DNA of 64,000 nt from an uncultured Oscillospiraceae bacterium (GTDB taxonomy: Bacteria > Bacillota > Clostridia > Christensenellales > Aristaeellaceae). Location: the NCBI GenBank assembly GCA_964346155.1, contig CAYFTJ010000001.1, positions 47,105 to 111,104 on the forward strand. Reading direction: 5' to 3'. Position 1 is the first letter of the stretch. Each line of letters opens with the position of its first letter. This document shows, piece by piece, positions 29,221 through 41,559 of this stretch. A model generated the notes under the pieces. It saw nothing but the letters and a program-made list of their open reading frames with translations. It was not told where the DNA came from and did no database searches. A program made the position numbers and the translations under genes.

Positions 29221-30681
29221 ATGATCTTTTCTGTTTCTCCTGAATACATGAGACAGTGGGAAGAAAATGCCTTTGATCAAGGCGTTTCTGCATGGGATTT
29301 AGTTCAAAATGTGGCAAAAGCTGTTTGTGAACTATCTGTTGAGCTGCTGGGAGAGATAGAGGGAAAAAACATACTGATTGTTTGTGGACCGGGCAATAAT
29401 GGCGCTGATGGCTACGCTTGTGCTAGGCTATTTCGTCAATGCAAGGCTTTTCCTTATGTTGTCGCTGTTGAAGAGCCTAAATCTGATCTTGCCAAGCGAA
29501 CACGAGATGAATATATTAGCACGAATCTTTATGTTTTAAAGCGCATACCGGAGTATGTTTCGTTTGATCTTGTAATAGACAGTATTTATGGTATTGGATT
29601 TCGTGGTAACTTTTCAGAGCATGTTAAGAATATTGTTGATTTTATCAATTTACTGCCTTGTCCTACGCTAAGCGTTGACATACCATCCGGAACAGATGCT
29701 TTAACAGGTGTTTCTACTGATTCTATTTCTGCTGATGCAACCCTATCTTTACAATGCCACAAGCATGGAGTTTTATTGGCTCCTGATGAAGTGTCCGGTG
29801 TGTTGTATGTAAGAGATATCGGCTTGCCTTCTGATTACCAACCAAAACACTCAGGAGCATTGGATTGCATATGGAGCTTAGAATCATCTGACTTAAAAGG
29901 TATTTTGCCTGTCCGAAAATCCAATGCTCATAAAGGCGACTGTGGAAGAGCATTGATAATCGCTGGCTCTATGGGGATGGTTGGAGCAGCAAGCATCGCT
30001 GCTAAAGCCTGCTTAAGGGGAGGGGCTGGTCTTACGACAATCGAATGTGATGAAGATATTATGCCCATCCTGCAAACACTTGTTCCTGAAGCGATGTGCG
30101 CATTACCTGGAGAAAAAAAGCCTTTTGATGCGGTGCTTTTGGGTTGTGGTTGGGGAAAATCCGAAGACAAATATTTAAGAATAAAAGAAGTACTAAGCGC
30201 TTGTAAGTCCACTGTACTGGATGCCGATGCCCTGAATATGATTGCCGAAAAGCCTTTTTCCTTAGGTAAATATGTTATTATAACGCCTCATTTGGGCGAA
30301 GCTGCTAGATTGTTGGGTGTATCGATTGATACTATACAGCAAGATAAGCTTAAAGCTTGTCTTCTACTGCATGAGAAATATCAATGCTCAGTTCTTTTAA
30401 AGGATGCGGTATCTGTTTTATTCGACGGGAAAGAATTTTCGTTTAATTTAGTTGGAACAGCAGCTTTAGCTAAGGGTGGAACCGGAGATTTGCTAGCGGG
30501 TTTATTGTGTTCTTTACTTGCTCAAACACGAGGAAACAATGTACTTAGGGCAATGCAAGCAGCTTGTCTATGGATGGCCATGGCAGCCCGAAAAACCCAG
30601 CGAAAGATTTATTTACCTTCGATTATTTCTAGTGATGTAGTCAACGCACTGGGCAATATACCTGAATTAATGATGGATTGA
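29221..30681 (+). CDS. nnr: Bifunctional NAD(P)H-hydrate repair enzyme (epimerase plus ADP-dependent dehydratase)
   Basis: It has an N-terminal YjeF_N domain (VCGPGNNGADG) and a C-terminal carbohydrate-kinase-like domain (HKGDCGRALIIAGS, GGTGDLLAG). Confidence 0.85.
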   Translation: MIFSVSPEYMRQWEENAFDQGVSAWDLVQNVAKAVCELSVELLGEIEGKNILIVCGPGNNGADGYACARLFRQCKAFPYVVAVEEPKSDLAKRTRDEYISTNLYVLKRIPEYVSFDLVIDSIYGIGFRGNFSEHVKNIVDFINLLPCPTLSVDIPSGTDALTGVSTDSISADATLSLQCHKHGVLLAPDEVSGVLYVRDIGLPSDYQPKHSGALDCIWSLESSDLKGILPVRKSNAHKGDCGRALIIAGSMGMVGAASIAAKACLRGGAGLTTIECDEDIMPILQTLVPEAMCALPGEKKPFDAVLLGCGWGKSEDKYLRIKEVLSACKSTVLDADALNMIAEKPFSLGKYVIITPHLGEAARLLGVSIDTIQQDKLKACLLLHEKYQCSVLLKDAVSVLFDGKEFSFNLVGTAALAKGGTGDLLAGLLCSLLAQTRGNNVLRAMQAACLWMAMAARKTQRKIYLPSIISSDVVNALGNIPELMMD

Positions 30682-30734
30682 CAAAAAGCGCCTTGCATCA
30701 CTATAATATACAGGGTGTTTATGGAGGTTATTTA

Positions 30735-31592
30735 ATGTTGAAAAAAATTATTGTTTTTATTTATTTAGCATTAATGCTGTTTAACACTGTTGGTGTTATT
30801 GCTCAAGAAGATATCAATATCCTTTTAATCGGCACAGACGTTCTTGGTCAAGTGCAATTAGAAGGTCAAGAAGAAGGGCGAGCTGATGCAATCTATTTAC
30901 TGCACATGGGTGCTCAGAGTAATACTGTTAAGCTACTTAGCTTTGAACGTGATTATTTGATAGAGTTTCCTGAGGGCCTTGGCCCCAATAAACTTGCCAC
31001 TTCTACTTTTTTTGGTGGGGCAGACTTGTGTTTGCAAATGGTTAATGAGCTGTTTGCCCTTGATGTTCAGCATTATGCCAAAATTAATTTAAAAAGCATT
31101 GAGGACGCTGTAAATGTGATTGGTGGTCTTGAAGTTGAAGTTTTACCCGAGGATCTTTCTGCTGTTAATTATCAATTCCACGCTTCAGCCCTTTATTCAA
31201 TTTCAGCTGGCACCATTCACATGAACGGTAAACAAATTCTTGCATTCATTTCTGCAAGAGACCCAAGTGAGGGAGCCATTGCATCTAATGATTCCCGTAA
31301 TGATCGGCAGCAGCGAGTAGTGAAAGCCGGTCTTGAAAAGTTACACAGCTTATCTTTTGATGAAATGCTAGCCGTTATTGAAGAAGTTCTACCTTATGTT
31401 GATACGAATATTTCACTTACAGATTTGCTTTCTATCGCCAAACAATTTATTGACTCATCCTTTGAAGGTTTTGTATATGCCAAATCGCCTTTCACGCCGT
31501 ATGAGAACCTACGTGTAGGTGTTCATCAGGTAATAAAAGTCAATGACCAATTGATTGAAAATGACCGAATTAAGAACTTTTTATCGGAGTAA
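30735..31592 (+). CDS. LCP (LytR-CpsA-Psr) family cell-wall glycopolymer transferase
   Basis: It has a TM anchor followed by NILLIGTD..GRADAIYLLH..VKLLSFERD. I prefer the start at ATG 30735, preceded by ggagg. Confidence 0.8.
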   Translation: MLKKIIVFIYLALMLFNTVGVIAQEDINILLIGTDVLGQVQLEGQEEGRADAIYLLHMGAQSNTVKLLSFERDYLIEFPEGLGPNKLATSTFFGGADLCLQMVNELFALDVQHYAKINLKSIEDAVNVIGGLEVEVLPEDLSAVNYQFHASALYSISAGTIHMNGKQILAFISARDPSEGAIASNDSRNDRQQRVVKAGLEKLHSLSFDEMLAVIEEVLPYVDTNISLTDLLSIAKQFIDSSFEGFVYAKSPFTPYENLRVGVHQVIKVNDQLIENDRIKNFLSE

Positions 31593-31598
31593 TATATT

Positions 31599-32687
31599 AT
31601 GAAAAGAATTTTTCTAATATTAGTGGCTATTTTTTTGTTGTTTACTACTAATACTTTTGCTGCATTGCTATCCAGAGGGTTTACACATCCTGAAATCGGG
31701 GAATACTTAACAGTTAAAATAGATAATAGGTCTCCCAGTTTTGATATCTATGGTTTCACTTACTATACTTATCCGCCTTCTTCAAAGCGATATAGAGGCT
31801 GTCATGTAAACTTGCCTGCTATTCGATCCGACAATTATTCTGATGCCAAAACAGCGTTAACAAATATATTGCGTAGTGCCGAAGGTGAGCTTGGCTATAC
31901 AAAACCCATTGTGTTTGAATACCGTGGTCCGGAAAAGATTTTTGCAGAGCAACTTAATAGCCTAGACTTAAATGAAAGAGTTGAAGCGCTACTACTTCTC
32001 AATGGGTTTGAGGGGGTTGAAGGCTACCATAAACTAAAAGAATCAGGCCTATTAGGCACAGATGTTGATTTGACCGATTTTGTCAACGCTTATCGCGACT
32101 ATGAAGTGGTCTTGTTTAACAATTTCTATCCGTACCGTGTCATGTCTTTTTATTATGACGAAGGTGATGATGACACGATTGAGCATTACACCGAGCGCTA
32201 CCATTTTTTGAAAATCAACGACAAGTGGAAGCTTGTCAGGGTGGTCAAGGAATATGGTTCTTATTACAATCAAAGAAAAGTGCCTGTCTTTGGATTAACT
32301 TCCTTAGAAGATGTGACCACAATTGATTATAGTTTTTATGTGGAACCTTTGATTGGGCTAGTTTGGAAAGAGAGCATAGAAAGTGTACAAACCAAACTCG
32401 GCCTAACTGCTGGAAAAAATAAAATCATCATTGATAATTCAGAAATATATCGCCTGCCTGCAAAAGCGGAACTGGCGTTTACAGAGGGTGGATTAACTTC
32501 TATCACGTACAAATTTTCGAATATTGAATCGTATTATGCTTCTTTCTTATCCTCTTATCTGCGGTACTATGATCCAGTATGGATTGATAAAGACTTAAAT
32601 ATGTATTGGTTCAACGACAGCTTTGATGTGAAGCTAAATTATCATTCTTCAAGACCTAGTATCACCTTCTCTATACACGAAGAATAA
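31599..32687 (+). CDS. Secreted hypothetical protein (362 aa)
   Basis: It has a signal peptide (FLILVAIFLLFTTNTFA) and an aromatic-rich mature region. No family was recognised. Confidence 0.5.
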   Translation: MKRIFLILVAIFLLFTTNTFAALLSRGFTHPEIGEYLTVKIDNRSPSFDIYGFTYYTYPPSSKRYRGCHVNLPAIRSDNYSDAKTALTNILRSAEGELGYTKPIVFEYRGPEKIFAEQLNSLDLNERVEALLLLNGFEGVEGYHKLKESGLLGTDVDLTDFVNAYRDYEVVLFNNFYPYRVMSFYYDEGDDDTIEHYTERYHFLKINDKWKLVRVVKEYGSYYNQRKVPVFGLTSLEDVTTIDYSFYVEPLIGLVWKESIESVQTKLGLTAGKNKIIIDNSEIYRLPAKAELAFTEGGLTSITYKFSNIESYYASFLSSYLRYYDPVWIDKDLNMYWFNDSFDVKLNYHSSRPSITFSIHEE

Positions 32688-32695
32688 AAGATTTG

Positions 32696-32731
32696 CTCCT
32701 ATTCGGTTTAATCCTGATAGGAGTTATTTAT
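32696..32731 (+). terminator. Rho-independent terminator
   Basis: The arms ctcctat and ataggag form a stem, followed by ttatttatt. Confidence 0.5.
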
Positions 32732-32799
32732 TCCAAGATGAATAAATGTTTGCAATATTATGCAAGGAATGATAAACTATCTACGGAGGCTATGCGACA

Positions 32800-33660
32800 G
32801 TGAAAAAATATTTTCTGTTTGCCAATCCATATAAACAAGCAACCGTAGATGGAGCAAAGGTTCTAGCCAAGCAACTTCTACATCTTCAAGGCCATGTTTA
32901 TATGGAAGACTGGCTGCATAAGTTAGTAAGCATTGGGCAGGCTTTATCTCTTGAACAAATAGATAATAGCTTTTCTTGTATTGTTTCCCTTGGTGGAGAT
33001 GGAACCTTGCTCAGAATATCAAGCTATGCTGGTGACAGCAATGTTCCCATTCTAGGCGTACACTTTGGCAGACTAGGTTTTTTGCTCGAAACAAAATTAA
33101 CTGACGCCAAACACTTAGCAACAAAGTTAATTAATGAAGACTATCGTTTAGAAGATCGAATGCTTTTGCAAGCATCTGTGGATGACGGAACAAGTTATCT
33201 TGTCACCAACGAAATTGCCTTGATGCGCGGGGATAACCCGTCAAGCATTACCGTCAAGGTATCTGTAGAAGGAACAGAACTTTACACTTTGCGAGGCGAT
33301 GGTGTTCTTGTTGCGACTCCTACAGGAAGTACAGGTTATTCACTTTCTGCCGGTGGACCTGTAATTCACCCTCAGCTCGAGTGCATTTCAGTTGTTCCAG
33401 TATGTTCACATGCTGCCAGTCATCGACCTATACTGCTACCTGTCAATCAAAAAATTGATTTGTTTATGCCTATTGAAAGCAAGCATGCAAATCGTATATA
33501 TGTTGACGGTCAAATATCCTTAGCTGTACATCGTTCTATTCACATAAGCGTTACTAAGTCCGAAAAACGTGTGCAATTTGTACGATTTAATGAAAGTAAC
33601 TTTATACAAAGGTTTCGCCAGAAACAACTTCAATGGTTTGATGATGAAGGAGAATCATAA
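32800..33660 (+). CDS. nadK: NAD kinase
   Basis: It has the GGDGTLL motif and a TPTGSTGYSLSAGGP motif. The GTG start is preceded by ggagg. Confidence 0.9.
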   Translation: MKKYFLFANPYKQATVDGAKVLAKQLLHLQGHVYMEDWLHKLVSIGQALSLEQIDNSFSCIVSLGGDGTLLRISSYAGDSNVPILGVHFGRLGFLLETKLTDAKHLATKLINEDYRLEDRMLLQASVDDGTSYLVTNEIALMRGDNPSSITVKVSVEGTELYTLRGDGVLVATPTGSTGYSLSAGGPVIHPQLECISVVPVCSHAASHRPILLPVNQKIDLFMPIESKHANRIYVDGQISLAVHRSIHISVTKSEKRVQFVRFNESNFIQRFRQKQLQWFDDEGES

Positions 33661-34118
33661 TGAAAAACGCAAGACAAACAGCCATCCTTTCTATTATTGA
33701 GGAAAGAGAAGTACAGACGCAAGAAGAGTTGGCTCAGATATTGACTGAGATGGGTATTAAGGTTACCCAGGCAACTGTATCAAGAGACATTAAAGAGCTG
33801 CGCTTGCTAAAAGTACTCTCCCCAAACGGCGGTTACCGTTACGCAACTGCCGACAGAGCCGAACATGGTGTTTCAGAGCGCTTTGTTCGCATGTTCGTTG
33901 AGTCTGTTCTTTCAATACAGGAAGTGAATAACTTGATTGTTATTCGCACCTTGTCCGGGAGTGCAAACGTGGCTGGAGAAGCTATTGACAACATGAGATG
34001 GCCTGAAATCTTAGGCACAATTTGCGGTGACAATACCATCCTTGTTATATTAAACACCTCAGAGGATGCTGTTGAAGTAGCTAATAGATTTAGAGAGTCA
34101 ATAAGGGTATCCAGGTAA
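33660..34118 (+). CDS. argR: Arginine repressor
   Basis: It has a winged-helix N-terminus (QEELAQILTEMGIKVTQATVSRDIKEL) and a C-terminal oligomerisation domain (GTICGDNTILV). Confidence 0.9.
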   Translation: MKNARQTAILSIIEEREVQTQEELAQILTEMGIKVTQATVSRDIKELRLLKVLSPNGGYRYATADRAEHGVSERFVRMFVESVLSIQEVNNLIVIRTLSGSANVAGEAIDNMRWPEILGTICGDNTILVILNTSEDAVEVANRFRESIRVSR

Positions 34119-34120
34119 AC

Positions 34121-36522
<2,402 letters not shown>

Positions 36523-36530
36523 GAATCTCT

Positions 36531-36569
36531 ACCGCAACAATCGTACTTGGCTGTTGCGGTATTTATTTT
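36531..36569 (+). terminator. Rho-independent terminator after upp
   Basis: The arms accgcaaca and tgttgcggt form a stem, followed by atttatttt. Confidence 0.6.
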
Positions 36570-36581
36570 GAGAATATTTGT

Positions 36582-37820
36582 ATGTTAAAGACAAGTTCCT
36601 CCAACAATTCCATCGATGTTTTAGGAAGCCTGAGCGTCGAGAAACAAATGCTGACGGGTATGTCCGTTGCTTTTGGCAATCAATCTCATTCTGAGTGCTA
36701 CTGGTTTGGCAATGCGCAAGAGATTAACCAAATTGACGGAAAGTTTGTTACGGACATTGTTCCGATTGGGCAAGATACACTGTTTGATTTGGCATCCATT
36801 ACAAAGCTGCTTACTTGCCTTTCTATTCTACAATTGATTGAAAAGCGCCAGCTTCGGATGACTGACACAGTTGGTATGGTTGATGATAGATTTATTTTCT
36901 TAAAAGAAGTATCAATATACGATTTGTTGTGTTACAGAATCAGTCTTCAAACAGACGAAAGATTAGATAGACAGACCTGTCATGAACGTCTGCTTGATTT
37001 TATATTCAGTGTAAAAGCTTATCCCATTCATGGGGAACGCATCTATTCCGATATGCATGCGCTGGTCTTGAAATATATTATCGAGAGAGTTGCGAAATGT
37101 TCGTACGAAGAATATTTAAAGCAAGCTATTTTTATACCCTTGTCTATGTATCATACTTTTTGCGCTGTTCCTGAAAACCAAGTGTATCGTTGTGTGAATT
37201 ATAATTATGAGCACCAAATTATTTATGGAAAATATCATTTGGATATTGACGTAAAGCCTGGCAAACCACATGACCCCAAGGCAAGAATCATTCAAGACTT
37301 AGGTCTTGGTGTCAGCGGGCATGCGGGGATTTTTTCCACCATTGCCGATATGGTTCTCTTGGCTCAAGGTCTGTTACAGGGGAAAGTGATTTCCAAGTCT
37401 CTCCTATCTCTTATAGGCCTTAATAGAACCGGCTATTCCAAAGTAAGCGGTGCCTATCGCCAATATATGGGTTTGCTTTGTTTTTCAAAAAGCTCAGTGC
37501 AACGATTAAGTGAATTACCCTCTTGGATGGGTAGACAAAGCTTTGGCTTAAGTGGATATACCGGGAACCATATAGCTATTGATCCGGACCTTGGTGTATT
37601 TGATATTTTGCTTGGCAACCGCTGCCATAATCGAGTATCCAAAATACTTCCGGTTGGTGATGAGAAAAAACATCACCTTGCTTTAGATGGTTCCGGTATC
37701 ATTCCATGGCCTGATGGCCGCATGGTGAATTCGAGCAATCAATATGTGTATCTGAAAGATGAGCTCATCCATCAGCCTGTTTATCAATTATTATTTGAAA
37801 GAGGATGGTTACAACTATGA
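36582..37820 (+). CDS. Beta-lactamase-fold serine hydrolase (class C/esterase-like)
   Basis: It has SxxK (ASITKLL), a YSD motif and a later HAG box. Confidence 0.7.
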   Translation: MLKTSSSNNSIDVLGSLSVEKQMLTGMSVAFGNQSHSECYWFGNAQEINQIDGKFVTDIVPIGQDTLFDLASITKLLTCLSILQLIEKRQLRMTDTVGMVDDRFIFLKEVSIYDLLCYRISLQTDERLDRQTCHERLLDFIFSVKAYPIHGERIYSDMHALVLKYIIERVAKCSYEEYLKQAIFIPLSMYHTFCAVPENQVYRCVNYNYEHQIIYGKYHLDIDVKPGKPHDPKARIIQDLGLGVSGHAGIFSTIADMVLLAQGLLQGKVISKSLLSLIGLNRTGYSKVSGAYRQYMGLLCFSKSSVQRLSELPSWMGRQSFGLSGYTGNHIAIDPDLGVFDILLGNRCHNRVSKILPVGDEKKHHLALDGSGIIPWPDGRMVNSSNQYVYLKDELIHQPVYQLLFERGWLQL

Positions 37821-38968
37821 TTCAAGCAGTCAAACATTGGTTAAAAGAAAATGAAAGTTGGATCATTGAAACAAGGCGGCTGTTTCATCAATATCCCGAG
37901 CTCTCCCGGGAGGAAAAAGAGACCAATCGCCGCATTAGAGAAATCCTCTCAGAGTACAGCGTTGATTTTCTTGCACCCAGTGATACCATTACCATCGCTA
38001 CAATCGGAAAACTAAGTCTTAAATCCACCGTTGCTTTTCGGTGCGATACGGATGCGCTTAATATCACCGAAAATACCGGTTTATCGTTTGCATCTAAAAA
38101 TCAAGGGGTCATGCACGCCTGTGGTCATGATGCCCATATTGCAATTGGTTTAGCGACAGCACGCTGTTTGAAGTATTTTGAAAACGAATTGCAGCAGCGA
38201 GTATATGTCATTTTTCAACCAGCTGAAGAAGGCGAGCGAGGCGCTCAAGCAGTCATTGATACCGGACTTATCAACGATGTACAACAGTTTTATGGCTTGC
38301 ACGTTTGGCCGGATTTACCGGTGGGCACGATTGGGCTAAAAAAAGGCAGCATCTTTTCCGGAACAGATAAGATTACGATTAAGTTGTGTGGAAAGTCAGG
38401 GCATGCGGCTGCTCCTGATACAGCGCAGGATACAATTGCTGCAACGGGCGCCTTACTTCAGTCCCTCCAGCACATTATTTCAAGGTTTATTTCGCCTAAA
38501 GAAGCGGGTGTAATTACAATTGGTAAGATTCAAGCAGGTAATCGCTGGAATATTATTGCGGACCAAACCCTGATTGAAGGTACTGTACGCGTGGTGGAGC
38601 CTAGCGTCAGGGAAGTGATTTTGAAGCATATTGAGGAAATGACTCATTTAATCGCGCAAGCACATCGCTGCGAGGGAAAATTCCAATTAGACGTTCTTTC
38701 TTCAATTATTATCAACGATGAAGAATTAACCTTAAACGCCAGTGAAGCAGCAGCTCTTGCAGATATTCAGGTGGTACAGGTTCCGGCTCAGATGGTCGGT
38801 GACGATTTCTCTGAATACAGCCAAATTGCACCTGGTTGTTATGTGCTGCTTGGCGTGCAAAGTGAGGATAGCGAATACTATCCGCTTCATCATGGCAAGT
38901 TTTGTTTAAATGAAAAAGGCCTTATTCATGGTGTAGCCTGGTTTTGTGTGCTTGCGCTAAAGGAATAG
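37805..38968 (+). CDS. M20-family amidohydrolase (N-acyl-amino acid amidohydrolase/hippuricase-like)
   Basis: It has metal-ligand motifs (MHACGHDAH, QPAEEGERGA). Confidence 0.8.
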   Translation: MVTTMIQAVKHWLKENESWIIETRRLFHQYPELSREEKETNRRIREILSEYSVDFLAPSDTITIATIGKLSLKSTVAFRCDTDALNITENTGLSFASKNQGVMHACGHDAHIAIGLATARCLKYFENELQQRVYVIFQPAEEGERGAQAVIDTGLINDVQQFYGLHVWPDLPVGTIGLKKGSIFSGTDKITIKLCGKSGHAAAPDTAQDTIAATGALLQSLQHIISRFISPKEAGVITIGKIQAGNRWNIIADQTLIEGTVRVVEPSVREVILKHIEEMTHLIAQAHRCEGKFQLDVLSSIIINDEELTLNASEAAALADIQVVQVPAQMVGDDFSEYSQIAPGCYVLLGVQSEDSEYYPLHHGKFCLNEKGLIHGVAWFCVLALKE

Positions 38969-38971
38969 GTC

Positions 38972-39844
38972 ATGCGAATTAATCTATACGGCCTTTTAAT
39001 TGCCTCTGCTATTTTGCTTGCGAGCTTTATTTTGCAGCGTGAGGGGAAAAAGCGCTCTTTATATTCAGACATAGGGCTAGACATGATTCTCTACGCAGTT
39101 CCTTTGGGAGTTCTAGGAGCAAGAATCTATTACGTTTTATTTTCAGTCGAACAATACCTGCACCAACCCTGGAAAATCCTGGCTGTTTGGGAAGGCGGAC
39201 TGGCTATATACGGCGGTATTATAGGGGGCTTTATTGGTCTGTTATTGCTTGCCAAGAAAAAAACGATTTCAATACTTGTCTTGACCGATATGGCTTTGCC
39301 GCCAGTTCTTCTTGGCCAATCAATTGGCAGGTGGGGAAATTTCTTTAATCAAGAAGCCTATGGTGCTATTATTGCTAATACAAGCTTTCAGTTTTTCCCC
39401 TTAGGGGTCTTCATTGATGGACAATGGTACTGTGCAACCTTTTTTTATGAATCGATATGGAATCTGTTGGCAGCGATGGCTCTGTTTTACTTACAAAAGA
39501 AAACAAGAAAAAGCGCTGGTTTTGTAACGATATTTTATTTCCTTTTCTATGGTTTGGGACGTTCCATCATTGAACCCTTACGCACAGACAGCCTCATGCT
39601 AGGCCCTCTTCGCATTTCACAATTGATTAGTCTAGTTTTTATTATCATATCAACTTATTATCTATTTAAAAAGTTTAGAGAAACGAGGGGTGTTTTGATT
39701 GTTGTTTCCATTTCTTTTATTTGTTTATTGATAGGAGCTCTTTTTCAAAAATATCTTATGACACTAGCTGGCTTTATCAGCTATATACCGATTATGTTTA
39801 TCTATTTTAAAAAGGCGAGAAAGCATGAAGCAGAGATTATATAA
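38972..39844 (+). CDS. lgt: Prolipoprotein diacylglyceryl transferase
   Basis: It is a polytopic membrane protein with Lgt motifs (GARIYYV, GGLAIYGGIIGG, GRWGNFFNQEAYG). Confidence 0.9.
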   Translation: MRINLYGLLIASAILLASFILQREGKKRSLYSDIGLDMILYAVPLGVLGARIYYVLFSVEQYLHQPWKILAVWEGGLAIYGGIIGGFIGLLLLAKKKTISILVLTDMALPPVLLGQSIGRWGNFFNQEAYGAIIANTSFQFFPLGVFIDGQWYCATFFYESIWNLLAAMALFYLQKKTRKSAGFVTIFYFLFYGLGRSIIEPLRTDSLMLGPLRISQLISLVFIIISTYYLFKKFRETRGVLIVVSISFICLLIGALFQKYLMTLAGFISYIPIMFIYFKKARKHEAEII

Positions 39845-40964
39845 TTTTGCGTGCACAGTTTTACCAAAAGGTAAAGTGCAGGATTCCATTATTTTTGTAT
39901 CAAAAGAAAACGAGCGGAGAACTTATGAGTTAAAACAGCGAGTAGAAAGTGTTCTGCGCGATTATCGTACGCATGGAGCAGTTGTTGCTTTTTTCAGTGA
40001 TCGGGAAATTTGGTTTAGTCTCGGTTACGGAAAGAGAGATACAGAAAATAGGATCACAGAAAATACCTTTTTTCGCAGCGCTTCTGTCTCCAAAATGGTA
40101 ACTTCTATGGGAGTTTTGCGGCTATATGAACAGGATTTAATAGATTTAGATGAACCGCTGCCCTTATTTGAGCAAAGCAGCTACCAAGTTACTTTTAGAG
40201 AATTACTAAGTCATACCTCTATCATACAGGATGGAAACAGTTATAACCAGGGAATAACAAACCAAACGTCACTACAAACATTGCTCAATCAAGAAGATAA
40301 TTTTAAACAAGAAGATGTTTGGAGCTATTCAAACTTTGGGGCGGGTCTGATAGCTTCGCTTCTTGAAGTTAAACTCAAGCAATCGTTTGAGCAAATCATG
40401 CAAGAAACTGTCTTTAAGCCTCTTTCTATTACCGCCTCGTTTTATCCACCTAAGAATCAAGTTTTATCAAATTCTTATGAGGTGTTTCCGGTGTTCAAAC
40501 TGTCTTTGGATGCTGGCCAAAGAGCCTTAACCCGGCCTAAAGATATTAATGTTGTGGATCCGGAAAGGCATTTTACTTTAGCGCAAGGTAATTGCTGGTT
40601 GTCTGTTGACGGCGCATTCAAAATTTCGCAAGCCTTAATGAATCATGATTTTCTAAAACCATCAACTATGGAGAAAATGCGCAAACCCATCGCTGCCTTT
40701 GGCGCGAGAGATTCTCGCCTCTCTCAAGGCTTAGGTTTGTTTATTGTAAACACAGGGAAATATCCAACTTTTTATGGCCATCAAGGTTTAGCCTACGGAG
40801 GTGTTCATGGAATATTTTTTGATCCTAATATTCGCAGCGGATTTTGTTTATTATCATCAGGTGCTTCTCTTGAAAGAGATGGCGTTCTAACAGATATTAA
40901 TCTAGCTTTAATTGATATTTGGCAGGAGATATTTCATGGAAAATATTGTCGTAGAAGTAACTAA
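39825..40964 (+). CDS. Beta-lactamase-fold serine hydrolase (second copy, divergent)
   Basis: It has SxxK (SVSKMVT), a YSN motif and a GHQG box. It overlaps lgt by 20 nt. Confidence 0.7.
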   Translation: MKQRLYNFACTVLPKGKVQDSIIFVSKENERRTYELKQRVESVLRDYRTHGAVVAFFSDREIWFSLGYGKRDTENRITENTFFRSASVSKMVTSMGVLRLYEQDLIDLDEPLPLFEQSSYQVTFRELLSHTSIIQDGNSYNQGITNQTSLQTLLNQEDNFKQEDVWSYSNFGAGLIASLLEVKLKQSFEQIMQETVFKPLSITASFYPPKNQVLSNSYEVFPVFKLSLDAGQRALTRPKDINVVDPERHFTLAQGNCWLSVDGAFKISQALMNHDFLKPSTMEKMRKPIAAFGARDSRLSQGLGLFIVNTGKYPTFYGHQGLAYGGVHGIFFDPNIRSGFCLLSSGASLERDGVLTDINLALIDIWQEIFHGKYCRRSN

Positions 40965-41559
40965 AAGACCGGGTGGCATATACCAATTATTGCTAGCTTC
41001 TGGTGAGCAGTGTATTGTCCCGCTTCCTTTGTTGAGAATGTATCCGGCAAGAAAAGGGGACAAGTTTTCTTATGAGGAGTATTTCCACTTATATTCTGCT
41101 GATGCGATAAAGCTTTGCGCCCAAAAAGCGGACTATCTATTACAAAATCGTGACTACTCCACCAAAGTATTGGAAGAGAAGTTATTTCAAGCAGGATACC
41201 CGCAAAACATCGTTGAACAAGTTATAAACACCCTCCAAAAAGCAGGATGGCTTGATGACCATAAATACGCTACGAATTATATCGAAAGAAGAAGCCGTCA
41301 GTATGGAAAGCTACGTATCAAGCAAGAGCTTAAACAAAAAGGTATAGACATCAATTTGATCGATGAGCTGTTTGAAGAATATAACGATTCAGATACACTT
41401 GAAGTCGCGAAAAAACATGCGGAAAAATATCTAAAAACCTTGAAGGATACGACGGATCCGATGAAACGTAAACAAAAAGTAATAGCCATGTTGGCCCGTA
41501 AAGGATTTGATTATTCAATTGCCCAAAAAGCTTATTCTGCCTGCAAAGAAAGGAAATGA
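40936..41559 (+). CDS. recX: RecA regulator RecX
   Basis: It has repeated three-helix RecX modules (RDYSTKVLEEKL, QYGKLRIKQELKQKGI, RKGFDYSI). I prefer the start at ATG 40936, preceded by aggag. Confidence 0.8.
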   Translation: MENIVVEVTKRPGGIYQLLLASGEQCIVPLPLLRMYPARKGDKFSYEEYFHLYSADAIKLCAQKADYLLQNRDYSTKVLEEKLFQAGYPQNIVEQVINTLQKAGWLDDHKYATNYIERRSRQYGKLRIKQELKQKGIDINLIDELFEEYNDSDTLEVAKKHAEKYLKTLKDTTDPMKRKQKVIAMLARKGFDYSIAQKAYSACKERK

